Of a stretch of DNA of 64,000 nt, positions 12,908 through 22,830 are shown in pieces. Position numbers and translations under genes: made by a program. The number at the start of each line of letters is the position of its first letter. Positions within the stretch are counted from its first letter, which is position 1. The DNA comes from Lama glama (Eukaryota). The stretch is taken from positions 94,676,001 to 94,740,000 of the forward strand of contig CM052817.1 of the NCBI GenBank assembly GCA_028534125.1, given 5' to 3'. The notes under the pieces are model-generated. The model was not told the origin of the DNA. It saw nothing but the letters and a program-made list of their open reading frames with translations, and made no database searches.

Positions 12908-13335
12908 AAAAATATATTATTTTTTTATTGAAGTAGAGTTGATTTACAATGCTGTGTTAGTTTCAGCAAAATGATTCAGTTATATACACATATATATGTA
13001 TATCTCTGTTCTTTTTCAGTTTCTTTACTATTATAGATTATTATACGCTTTTGAATATATTTCCCTGTGCTATACAGTAGGTCCTTGTTGTTTATCTATT
13101 TTGTATGTAGTAATATGTATCTGCTAATCCCAAACTCCTAATTTATCCCTCCTCCTCCTTTCCTCTTTAGTGTTTGTTTTCTATGTCTGTGAGTCTATTT
13201 CTGTTTTATAAATAAGTTCACTTGTATCCTTTTTTTAGATCCACATATAAGTTATATCCTAGGATATCTGTCTTTCTCTGTCTGACTTGCTTCACTTAGT
13301 ACAATCATCTCTAGGTCCATTCATGTTGCCACATC
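12908..13335 (-). mobile_element. 5'-truncated L1 3' end with TSD
   Basis: Antisense L1 3' UTR (ttttattgaagtagagttgatttacaat... ctctaggtccattcatgttgc). Flanked by direct repeat tcccagcattttaa (12894-12907, 13336-13349), which contains a TTTT/AA endonuclease site. Confidence 0.92.
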
Positions 13336-14639
13336 TCCCAGCATTTTAACACTAGGTATCTTTTACTTTTAGAAACTGTTACCTCCAGAGTGCCAAATGT
13401 TGAATTTATTGATAAGATAGTCTGAGAGCAGAAATCAAATAGTCAAGGGTACCTATTTACTGTTCGTTTCTTCCATAAAATAAAAATAAAACATCTTTTC
13501 CTTTTCTAAATCTAGTTGTGGGCCTCCCAGAGGGCTCAAGAACAACCTACCTTTCCCTGTGAAAGGACCAGGCAAAACCCCTAAGGGAGCTTTGTACATT
13601 TGGTGATGTTGTTCTGGACTTTTTAAAGGTTATCTTCACAGAAGCAATGTGGGTTTAAAGGAAAACAGTGTAACTGTGCTTTTTTTTTTTTTTTTTAATG
13701 TTAACGCTCAGGGGACTGACTTTGGCATTGCTGCCTCTATGACCATCAGGATATCATTTCCCTTCCCCTGTTCAAACGGTTGTATATTCAAGAAAACCAG
13801 GGCCTCATTTACGGTTTTGCTTCTTCCCCAAGTGGGATTAGCCAGTGTTCTCAATTTAAATCTAAGGCATAAGTGAAATGGGCTGACTTTGGCTTAACTA
13901 TAAAGTCACATATTCACAAATATATAAGAAAAATGTTGACCTGACTCTGATAGCCCACAAACTATTCAGTTTCCATCGACAGCTCTACTTTATTCAAATA
14001 CGCTGCATGTTTTAAATTCTAATTATGCATGTTTGTGAATGGGAATTGAAGAATTTGTGGCAATTTAAAACATACAGGAATTCTGAATAGCTTTGAATTA
14101 GCCTTTTTTGGTGTTAGGAGCGAGTCTTATTTGGTGTTATTTTCATGCGAGTGAATTAGGTCTGCTCTCGTCATAAACTCTGGAACACTGAATTCACTGA
14201 TGGGTTTGTAAGTAACAGAAGTCCGACTTACTTTCACCCTCAACCGAGGGTCTATCTACAGGGTGGTTAGGGACCGTATTTCTGTAGGGGTTTGGCCTTC
14301 CAAGCATGTTGGCAGTTCTTGGCCTGCACTCAGATTCTGGCTGGTGTGGACTTTGCTTTCCTTTGAAGGCCACTCCAAGACTTGAGTAGAATGATTTGTA
14401 TCTGCGTCTGTTTTGCTTCTCAGGTGGTATCTTACTCCCTTGCAGAAAGTTTGCCAGGAATAACCTCTGTTGGAAGGAGAGGAGAAGGGAGGGAGGGAAA
14501 GAGGGATAAGGGAGAAACAGAGCATATCAGACGAACTTCGTATTTCAAAGTTTTGAAAAAGAAAGCAGGACTTACTGTGGAATTCACTTAAATAAATATT
14601 CCACTGCCTAATCATACGCAAGTGTTTTGGTACAAGATG

Positions 14640-14890
14640 AGAAAGATAGAGCTTGATGGTTATTCATAGATGGCTTCAAGTGCAATTATCAGCCCACGAT
14701 GTGATTTGATGCATAAAAGAAGACCATATTAGGCTGCACTGATGGAGACGTCGTGCCTAAATCATAGGGTTCAGTGGTCCCTCTGGAGGCTACTGCTTTC
14801 ACGCTGTTTTGAGGGGCTGCATTTTCTCCAGCCCCCACTACCTAAAGAGGATTGTGACAAATTAGAATATATCTAAAAACGACCACCAAG
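14640..14890 (+). mobile_element. L3/CR1 LINE fragment
   Basis: 'gatgtgatttgatgcataaaa...attaggctgcactgatggagacgtcgtgcc...gaggattgtgacaaattagaatatatcta..gaccaccaag' parallels the L3 ORF2 3' consensus (cagtgtgatg...ttaggctgcatt...gacaaactggag). Confidence 0.65.
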
Positions 14891-14944
14891 TGGCCCTAGT
14901 GCAGAAGACATGGAATTTGAGACAGAACAAAACTTGAGTTTCTG

Positions 14945-15330
14945 GAAGTGTTTTTGATGGATACCTGAGTCAGCATCACTTGCAGTGCTTTTAAAAAATT
15001 TATTTTTTATTTTTTTAAAAATAGTAACACCTCTTTTGTGGTATGATTCCTATACAGGGTACTACACATATTTCAGATGTACAATTTGATGAATTTTGAT
15101 GGACGTATATACCAATGAAACCACCACCACAGTCAAGATAGCCACTAACATCTCCATCACTCCCCAGAAGGTTCAAGAGGTGTTTCTTAAAATACGAATT
15201 TCTTGGCTCCAGCTGTGAATTAGAGAATTAGAATCTTGGAGGCCGGGGTGGGGGGGGTATGGCGGTGAATATACTTCATAAAGTACTTTCCAGATAAGGT
15301 TTATGAACACAGACCCTTGAGAAGCTGAGA
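14945..15330. mobile_element. MER5-like hAT MITE split by an antisense old L1 3' fragment (about 15000-15175)
   Basis: 'cagcatcacttgcagtgctttta' ... 'aaaatacgaatttcttggctcc...agaatcttggagg..gggg' are MER5-like. The internal 'tgtacaatttgatgaattttga...aaccaccaccacagtcaagata...catctccatcactccccagaaggttc' is an L1M 3' end in antisense. Confidence 0.55.
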
Positions 15331-15469
15331 GCAATCTTCCAGGGACTGATGGCCTATCACACTGCAGCCAGAGCAGTAAGGCACATGACATTGGTCCAAG
15401 GATGGAACTAAAGCTGCACGGAGGCAGATCTCGTACAACTAACCCCTTGGGATCACGAGCACTTTTGCA

Positions 15470-15567
15470 TCAGAGATAGTTTCATTTTCTTCTGTATACC
15501 CTCACTTCTTAACAAAGTGCATTCACTTCATGGATGCTAAGTAAATATTTGTGGAATGGATGAATGC
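15470..15567 (+). mobile_element. L2 3' end fragment
   Basis: ctgtataccctc...gatgctaagtaaatatttgtggaatggatgaatg terminus. Confidence 0.55.
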
Positions 15568-16416
15568 AGACCTCTGCAATTAGGGTGTCTACATATTTGG
15601 GTTTGATAGAGAGGTTCTTAGTTTACACCTGTTAACACAGTGTCTTTCCAGGTTAGCATTTGTCTTGAATTTCTCTCTCTCTTTCTCTTTTTTTTTTTTT
15701 TCCAGCAAAGCATTATTATTATTACGAATTGCATCAAAATCAGACAGGATAGGTGCAGCCTACTTCTACTTTGCCCTTCCAGCCCCTGCCATGATCTTCT
15801 CCGCTACTCAGGAGGTGAATGTGAGTGGACAGAGTTATCAGTTTCAACATTTGGTGAAATCTGAACGGTGACCAACAGTGACCCTCTCTCTTTTCCCTGT
15901 CCTTTCCAGTTGGAACATAATTAACACTTTCTTTTATAGTGCAGCATGAACAATGTGTGCTGATTAAACCTTGGGACCCCAAAGCTGAGGGCAGCTGATT
16001 GGATCCAGCCTCCGATAGTGTAGGGGTAGACAGTGGATGCTACTATCCCCTCAGGCAGCTTGGTGGACCAGCCTGCCCTGTCATCACCCGTGTCTGGCTG
16101 GCAAGGTGCACAAAGCTGCCAGGCCACCAGTTCACAAGGCAAGAGGACAGCGTGGACAATTATTTGCTAGGTGTGCATAAGTCCGTGCAGGGAACAAAAG
16201 CCGAGCTGTTCTGCCAAACAACATGGAATACATTAACACTCTTGTGACGGTGCTTTTGTCAGAACTTTGTATGGTGTTAATCTTCAGCTATTTCATTATT
16301 TTACTGTTTGTTAATTCTATTTTGTTTTGCAATAAACTTTTTCAGCAGCAATATGCTGAAAACAAAAAGTATGTTTAAAGAAAATTGAAGTTCTGAATTA
16401 TTTTTTGCTGTGTGTG

Positions 16417-16595
16417 TTTTTTTAAATTGTAGTATGGTTGATTTACAGTGTTTCAGGTGCACAGTAAAGCGATTCAGTTTTACAAATATATATAAATATA
16501 TATGTTCTTTTTCAGATTCCTTTCCATTATAGGTTATTACAAGATATTGATATAGTTCCCTGGCTGATACAGTAGGTTCTTGTTGTTTATTTATA
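16417..16595 (-). mobile_element. Short L1 3' end (cetartiodactyl/camelid-type)
   Basis: ttgatttacagtgtttcaggtgcacag...ttccattataggttattacaagatattgatatagttccctg... Confidence 0.85.
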
Positions 16596-18155
16596 GTCAT
16601 GTCTTATTTTGTGAAGTTTCTGCATCACCTCATGACCTGTAGAATGTTAAAAGCTCTTGATGAGGCTCTTGCTTGGTTTGACTTGCAAAGATAGTATTTC
16701 TAAGTTCTGAATTTTTATTTCACAAAATTTGTTGACAGTTACTATGTACATAGAGGTCACAGTGACATCACTGGTCACAAGAAAACCAAAAGACACAAAT
16801 CTGCTGAAAATGCAATAAGGTCTAATTAGTTGAACTACATGAAATTGCAATTTTGTCACTTAAAAGCAAAGAGTTCCAGCAATACCATTTAATTCAGCCC
16901 TAACGCTTCCTAAGTTACTAGTTATTTTAAGAGGATAGTTTATCATGAACAGCGGCAGAAGGTGCATCTATATATCATTCTTTAAAGGCCAATGTTTTAT
17001 TTAGTCAAATAATTGTTTTCATAAATGAATTTCACTCATTTTCCATTCTAACTTTTTTTTACATTACCAAAAGTTAATATTGATTTCATTAGCAATAGAA
17101 GAACTTGCAAACATTTAAATGATATCTATTTTATAACAGTAAATATCAGATGCTTCAAGGGGACAATTAATTAAGTGAATTATAACTTGAAATACCCAAT
17201 TCACAAATGGTAAAATGCAGTGGTAATGTGAACACAAATTTTGGAGGAGATTATTATAGTAAACAATATTCTTTCCAAATTAAGAAAGTTGTGAAGCAAA
17301 AATACACTTGGAGTTGGTGATGCCATAAAAATAATTCATAATTGTGTCCAAACCATTTAGAATGTAAAAGAAGGAGAACATCTACTTGCTAAAATTTATA
17401 AGTAATTTTATATATATGCAAAATACTACTACTACAAAAGTGTTGTGATGAAGCCTATGTTGAATAAAGGAAATGCACTTAATGTGGTACATGCAGTTTT
17501 CCTCTGCTGTCCATCATCAGTTCAGCACTAGAAACGTCAAGCAAAATTACCTAAATATCCTTAATAGCAGGGAATGTCTAGTAAAGACCTCCTCTACATT
17601 TTGGTTTCCACTTTTTCAATCAACTAAAATTTTTAATCAAAGTATTCAACCAATAAGAGTTTTAGAAAAGCGCATGAAGCTTTAAGGAAATTGCAGTAAT
17701 TGACACCAACGCCTGCAAACCAGAAGACACTGACACCGGTCCCTGGAGAAGCAAAGGAACAACTGAGCCAATTAAGCCATGAGACCTCAAATTTTGTCCA
17801 AGATTTCATTTTGAAATATTGCAAAACTGGCGAAGAATCATCTGCTCAGGCTCCTACTTTTATTGCATGTATTTCTATTCTAAAAGAGAAGAGACTAAAA
17901 TTGAGAAGTCCTGCTATTTTATAGCATCTAAATTTGGTGAGACATTTAAGAGAATTTTAAGTAGAACTCAGATATATCAAAGAAAAATGCCCTGAATGGA
18001 GGCAAAAACATAGCACCTGTGAAAATATTTACACATTTCAATATAGAAGGAAAAAAACCTAGAATTGAGAGTTTCCTTTGCTAGAGTTTGCTCTGAGCTT
18101 ACCAGGCAACTCAGCATGTAAGTGAGTTGATTTTTCAATTATAAAAATCACGGTA

Positions 18156-18305
18156 AGAATATGAAAACGAATATATATATATATGTGTGTATATGCATGA
18201 CTGGGACATTGTGCTGTACACCAGAAACTGACACATTGTAAGTGACTGTACCTTAGTAAAAAGAAATACATAAATAAATAAAAAAAAATACATAAATAAT
18301 TAAAA
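18156..18305 (+). mobile_element. Very short young L1 3' end with perfect TSD
   Basis: agaatatgaaaacgaatata...gactgggacattgtgctgtacaccagaaactgacacattgtaa plus an A/TAAA tail. Direct repeat ataaaaatcacggta at 18141-18155 and 18306-18320. Confidence 0.93.
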
Positions 18306-19319
18306 ATAAAAATCACGGTAGACAAGAGAAGGGCCAATAGATGATGTCAATAATTTCAAATGTATTCACCCTAAAACGGAACTTTGAAGGAGACTGAAGA
18401 CAATTTTATTTTTAAAATTTAAAAAATTAAGACCACATCGAAAATAATATGTCTTTTGGAAAACTGTCAGTGATATATTTTTAGGACCAGATAACATCAA
18501 AGAAGCAAGGCAGGAATACATACAAAAAAGAATTATTCAGATGATGTGAGTTTTTAAAAATAATAATGAATAAAATATAATGACACCTTTTGAATAGTAC
18601 TTTACGTCCATGTCTTGGTTTTGTTTTTAAGCAAAATATTTTTTCCAAATAGCTTTTGAAGACAACTCTTTTTGAGGTTCCCCAGTTTACTAGGACCAAT
18701 TTGTCAGTGAATAAACATTTCAAAAATTATATAATTTTAATTTTAGTGCCTCTTCTTTTACTTCCAAATGTATCGCAATTTTGATGATGAATCATGCAAT
18801 CACCCTACTTTAGTGGTTAATGAAAGCAGGATTAGGCTGAAACAGAAAGGAGAAGGCACACTGTCCCAAGAAACTACGAAACAGGAGACAGTGGGCCTGG
18901 TGAGGGGATCGGCACATCTAAATCAGGAGAGCAGCTGGACTAGATCACCAGGTTTCAACCTTTTGTCTCTTGTCTATACAATCTCTGTTTTATTTTCAAG
19001 GAGATTTGCGCAGGGGAGAAAAGCAAAACTATCTTTTAAAAAAAATCTGTATTCATCAAGTAAGAAAAAGGAAGGAAAGAAGGAAGAGTGAGAAGGAGGG
19101 AAGAAGGAGGGAGGGGGAGAAGGACAAGGGGACCTAAACACCAAGACGGCCACGCCCTGCTGGCCACCGTGAAGGATTTCTGTCTTCTTGAACCAGACCT
19201 AGTTTTCGTGAGCGAGCTCCTTTACAGCTTGTCTGTTTTTATGCAGTGACCCTTATGCCAGGAAATGGGCAGGGGCCCAAGCACAATAACCCATAGAACA
19301 TAGTCGAGACATATGCTGG

Positions 19320-19680
19320 TGGGTGAGGAGAAAGGCGGAACAGGAGAGGCGCTGGTGGTCCGGGTCACCGCGGCCACATGGGCTGGGATGGGTGGCCTGT
19401 GGACAGGCGGAATCAGCTGGCCTGAGCGTGTCCCGCAGGCAGCGGCTCCATAGAGAGAAGGAGAGGCTTTCCGGGTGGTTGTCAGGAAAACTGCAGACCA
19501 GACTATCTCTGCATCCCACCGGTAACACGAGCACCGCTGCGGGAGGCTCGCTGCCGGGCGGAGGGCTCTCGCAGCTCCTCGAAGCTGTCATAGCTATTGC
19601 GGTACTAAAGTTCAGAGCGGAGGATGCGGAGCCGGACAGACTCTGCCCAGCGTGGCCCCACCCCTTACAGACTAGGTGAG
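19320..19680. promoter_or_regulatory. CpG-island-like GC-rich patch (candidate regulatory element)
   Basis: About 24 CpG counted by eye in about 360 bp, against a CpG-poor background. A second CpG-enriched patch lies at about 20330-20530. Confidence 0.45.
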
Positions 19681-19860
19681 CCTGAGTGATTTCTCGAACA
19701 CGTCTAAGCCTGCGTCTTCATTTGTAAACTGGAGATATTTCTTACTTCATTATGCTTGGGGAAGGATTAAGTAAAAGAATGTATGGCCGGTGCTTACTGT
19801 CTGATCGTATTGGGTTAGCACAGTAAATTGCAACAACTATGATTTGTTAACATTATTATC
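19600..19860 (+). mobile_element. MIR SINE
   Basis: Core 'aagcctgcgtcttcatttgtaaactggagat...gaaggattaagtaaaagaatgtatg...gtgctta' with an att-rich tail. Head 'ttcagagcggagg..ggagccggacag'. Confidence 0.75.
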
Positions 19861-19959
19861 ACTGTGATTAGCATGATTATCATCACTGTTATCATTGTGA
19901 CTAGGTGGCAGTCTGGTTTTCCCCTCTTCCCTTCAGAACTGCAATATTACAATTACGGC

Positions 19960-20060
19960 TTCCTTCATTTACTCAACAAATGTGGATTAAATTCCTACTA
20001 GATGCAGGGGGCTGAGATTACTGGGATTGAAAGGTGAGTGAAACACGCAGCAAGCTCTCA
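19960..20060 (-). mobile_element. L2 3' end fragment
   Basis: ttcatttactcaacaaatgtggattaaattcctactagatgcagg. Confidence 0.6.
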
Positions 20061-20579
20061 TGCCTGGGTGCGGAAACTAGACGTTGTGCCTCTTTGGGGC
20101 GGTCTTCACTCAGACGTGATATAACTGAATCTCTGTTGCCTCTGCTTTGAGAGATGATTGAATTCAAGGAAGAGCTGTTCCGTGTTCCTTGGGACAGTTC
20201 ACGATCTGAACGGTGTTAAGGCTCCTCCTTCCAGAGATGATGTATGCACACGTGTGTGTGTTTTCTCTCTGCATGTAAATTGGACCTCACTACGGATTAG
20301 AAAGATAAGAGAGCACTGCCAAAACTGTTGTAGCTGGCAGCCTGGTGGCGATGGCAGTGCATGGTTCAGGCGAGGGGGACGGAGCCTGTTCCCACGCAGA
20401 GCCGGTGGCTGATCCCTGAGAAGGCACCATGTGAAAACCGGTACCAAGTGGATTCCTTCGCTGTGAACAGCCGCCCCTCCCCCACTGCCCGCAGAGCACC
20501 GCTGTCGAACGGCTCAGCTCCCGTGTGATCCTCTATGAAGCCCTGCTGACTCACCAGCCCTGCACTAGGATGGGCCACA

Positions 20580-20812
20580 CTTCCCTTTGTCCCCACTGTT
20601 CTCGCAATAAACCTCTGTAATGATACAGAGAACACCTTTTGTGTGTGTCCCCCACAGATAACATGTCTGTGTCTTTCTGCTAATCACAATTTCCTTAAGG
20701 ACAAAAACGATTTCTTATTGATGTTGTATCTCTAGTGCACAGCGCAATGCCTAGGACATAAATTGGGATCTAATAAAACTTGCTGCACAGATGGATGAAC
20801 GAATGAATGAAC
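20580..20812 (+). mobile_element. L2 3' end
   Basis: ttccttaaggacaaaaac...ttgtatctctagtgcacagcgcaatgcctaggacata...aataaaacttgctg...gatgaacgaatgaatgaa. Confidence 0.75.
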
Positions 20813-22289
20813 AGAAGTGATGGCTATAGTGGTGCTGATAGGCAGGATTAATTATTCCACCCTGAAACATTCCCCGCATTAGCAGCCAAGTCTCCAGGAA
20901 TCAGTTCTCCTTCTAATGCTTTTTCTTTCACAATCTTGATTCTCTTAGAATCTTAAACTCTCAGAAGAACTCTCCCCTGTCTACTCTTACTTTCCAAATT
21001 CTGAACATTCAACTGACTGTTTCAGAAACGAAATAACCATCCTCCCCCTTTTGACAACTGCTGTCAGAGATTCTCACTCACCTACAAACCATAGAGATTT
21101 GTGATCGCTTTCAATTTCCTAAAAGCCCCAATTTTCTTTCTCCATTACTTCCAAACCTGATGACAATTCTCATTTTCTTTTCCTTCCCCCAACCCTCCAA
21201 GAGCGCAACCCTTCCACTTGTCTCGACCTCATCTCTTCTCAGCTGCTGATAACCCTGGCCTCAGGCTCACTCCTCCTCTTACACTCTTCATTAATCTACT
21301 TCCACCCCCCCATCCCCCAATGTTGTTCGCAGCTTTGCTCAAGCATGTTGGCTTTTACATTTCACAGAAAGGCCTCACTGAATGCCATCTGCCCTGACCC
21401 CCTTTCCCACATTGTGTTTGTTCACTTCCTGCCTCTCATCAGTCATTGATTCAACACCATCTTTCTGGTTCCGTTATATCCAAACAACATCCACAACTGG
21501 TACTGTAAGCACGGGGGGGTCTCCAATTCGATATGAAAGGTACTGAGCCCCTAGTGCAATGCCAGGCGCATAACAATTCTCTATATCTCAGCTGTCTGCA
21601 TTTACCCTTTCTCTTCGCCCATGATGACACCATAAGGTCTCTGATTTCCCAGGCTGAGCCTGGGTACCAAGACACAGACTCCGGTTTCCCAGCTCTCACT
21701 GCAGATCAGTGCCTGTATCAGAACCAGGAACCAGGCCTCTCATCTCCAGGTACAGGCGCGGTGTTCGTCCCTTTGACTTCTCTGCTTCAAAACCACACTT
21801 TCCACCAGGAAATTTCATTTCCCCAAACTCCAAAGAGACTTCCAGATTTCACAACTGTCCAAAACACAGAGATTATTAACCATACAGTGAGACTGACAAA
21901 TGTGCCCCGATTTAAAACAAACTCATTGGTGCAAAGACAGAATGACTTTGAAAAATGTAGAAGTATGAATGATTTACATTGCAAAAGGATATTTACTTTA
22001 CAAAGGGGGAACCACTGAAAGTACCTCTAAAATGTGCAGTAGCCTATTACTTAAACTATCTTACAAAAATTGTATAATTTATATAATTATATACATTGCA
22101 TAACTACCTTGTGATTTAAAATAGCATTCAATCTTCAAAGTCTAATTGACATAAAAACTTTCAAAACCACTACATGAACTGGGCGGTGTACAGTGACACC
22201 TCCGTGAGTGGGCCCTGTAAGTGGGTGCTCAGCTATGGTGTGTGAACCAACATGAAGTCACCATGACGAGTTTGTGCCTCTCATCACGT

Positions 22290-22445
22290 TGCTACCAGGT
22301 ACTTCTGCCACTAACTGGCTTGGCAAACTTAGGAAAGCCTTAACCTCTGCTGAACTATGGTTGATACGTCTAAGAATGATGATAATGCCTAGGATTAAAA
22401 ATAATGTTTATCCAGTGGCTAATGCAATGCTTGGCACATAATGGT
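22290..22445 (+). mobile_element. MIR fragment
   Basis: ctgccactaactggct..cttaggaaagccttaacctctgctgaact...aggattaaaaataatgtt...caatgcttggcacataat. Confidence 0.65.
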
Positions 22446-22619
22446 GCTGCTTCCCTCTGCTTCCCCTCCCTTAGCCTCTTCGTGAAATTCTCGGATGACA
22501 CTCCGCAGAAGCGATCTTCCTCTAACCCATCATGTTGGCACCCGTAAACACATCTTAGAGCTTTTCTCCAGGAAATCATGTCTCTGCTCTTTTACTTGTT
22601 TGTAATAGGAATATATACA

Positions 22620-22830
22620 TAAGGGGAGACAGCCTGGATGCCCAGCTATAAGGAATTGGTTAAACACATTACAGTACACCCACTTAATGTGATATTATCG
22701 ATTCTAAGTAGTGTTAATGTGTATTTGTATCTGTTACTATGAAGAGCAGTTTATAATATATTATTAACTGAAAATGATAAGTTCAAAACAATACACATAG
22801 TCTGATATCATTTAAATAACTCTAATGCAT
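22620..22830 (+). mobile_element. Old L1 (L1ME-like) 3' fragment
   Basis: cagcctggatgcccag.tataaggaattggttaaacacattacagtacacccac...atatattattaactgaaaa. Confidence 0.55.

Noticed and set aside
19253..19679. Overlapping 112-aa and 118-aa ORFs and a donor-like AG|gtgagc at about 19675
   Set aside because: Long frames are expected in GC-rich DNA, there is no recognisable homology, and the 3' part and the donor lie inside a MIR.
19896..19913. CTCF-like motif actaggtggcag
   Set aside because: It lacks the conserved CC at the 5' side of the core, so it is too weak to call by eye.
21533..22018. 161-aa ORF
   Set aside because: No recognisable domain or splice context. It crosses from GC-moderate into AT-rich sequence, consistent with a chance frame.
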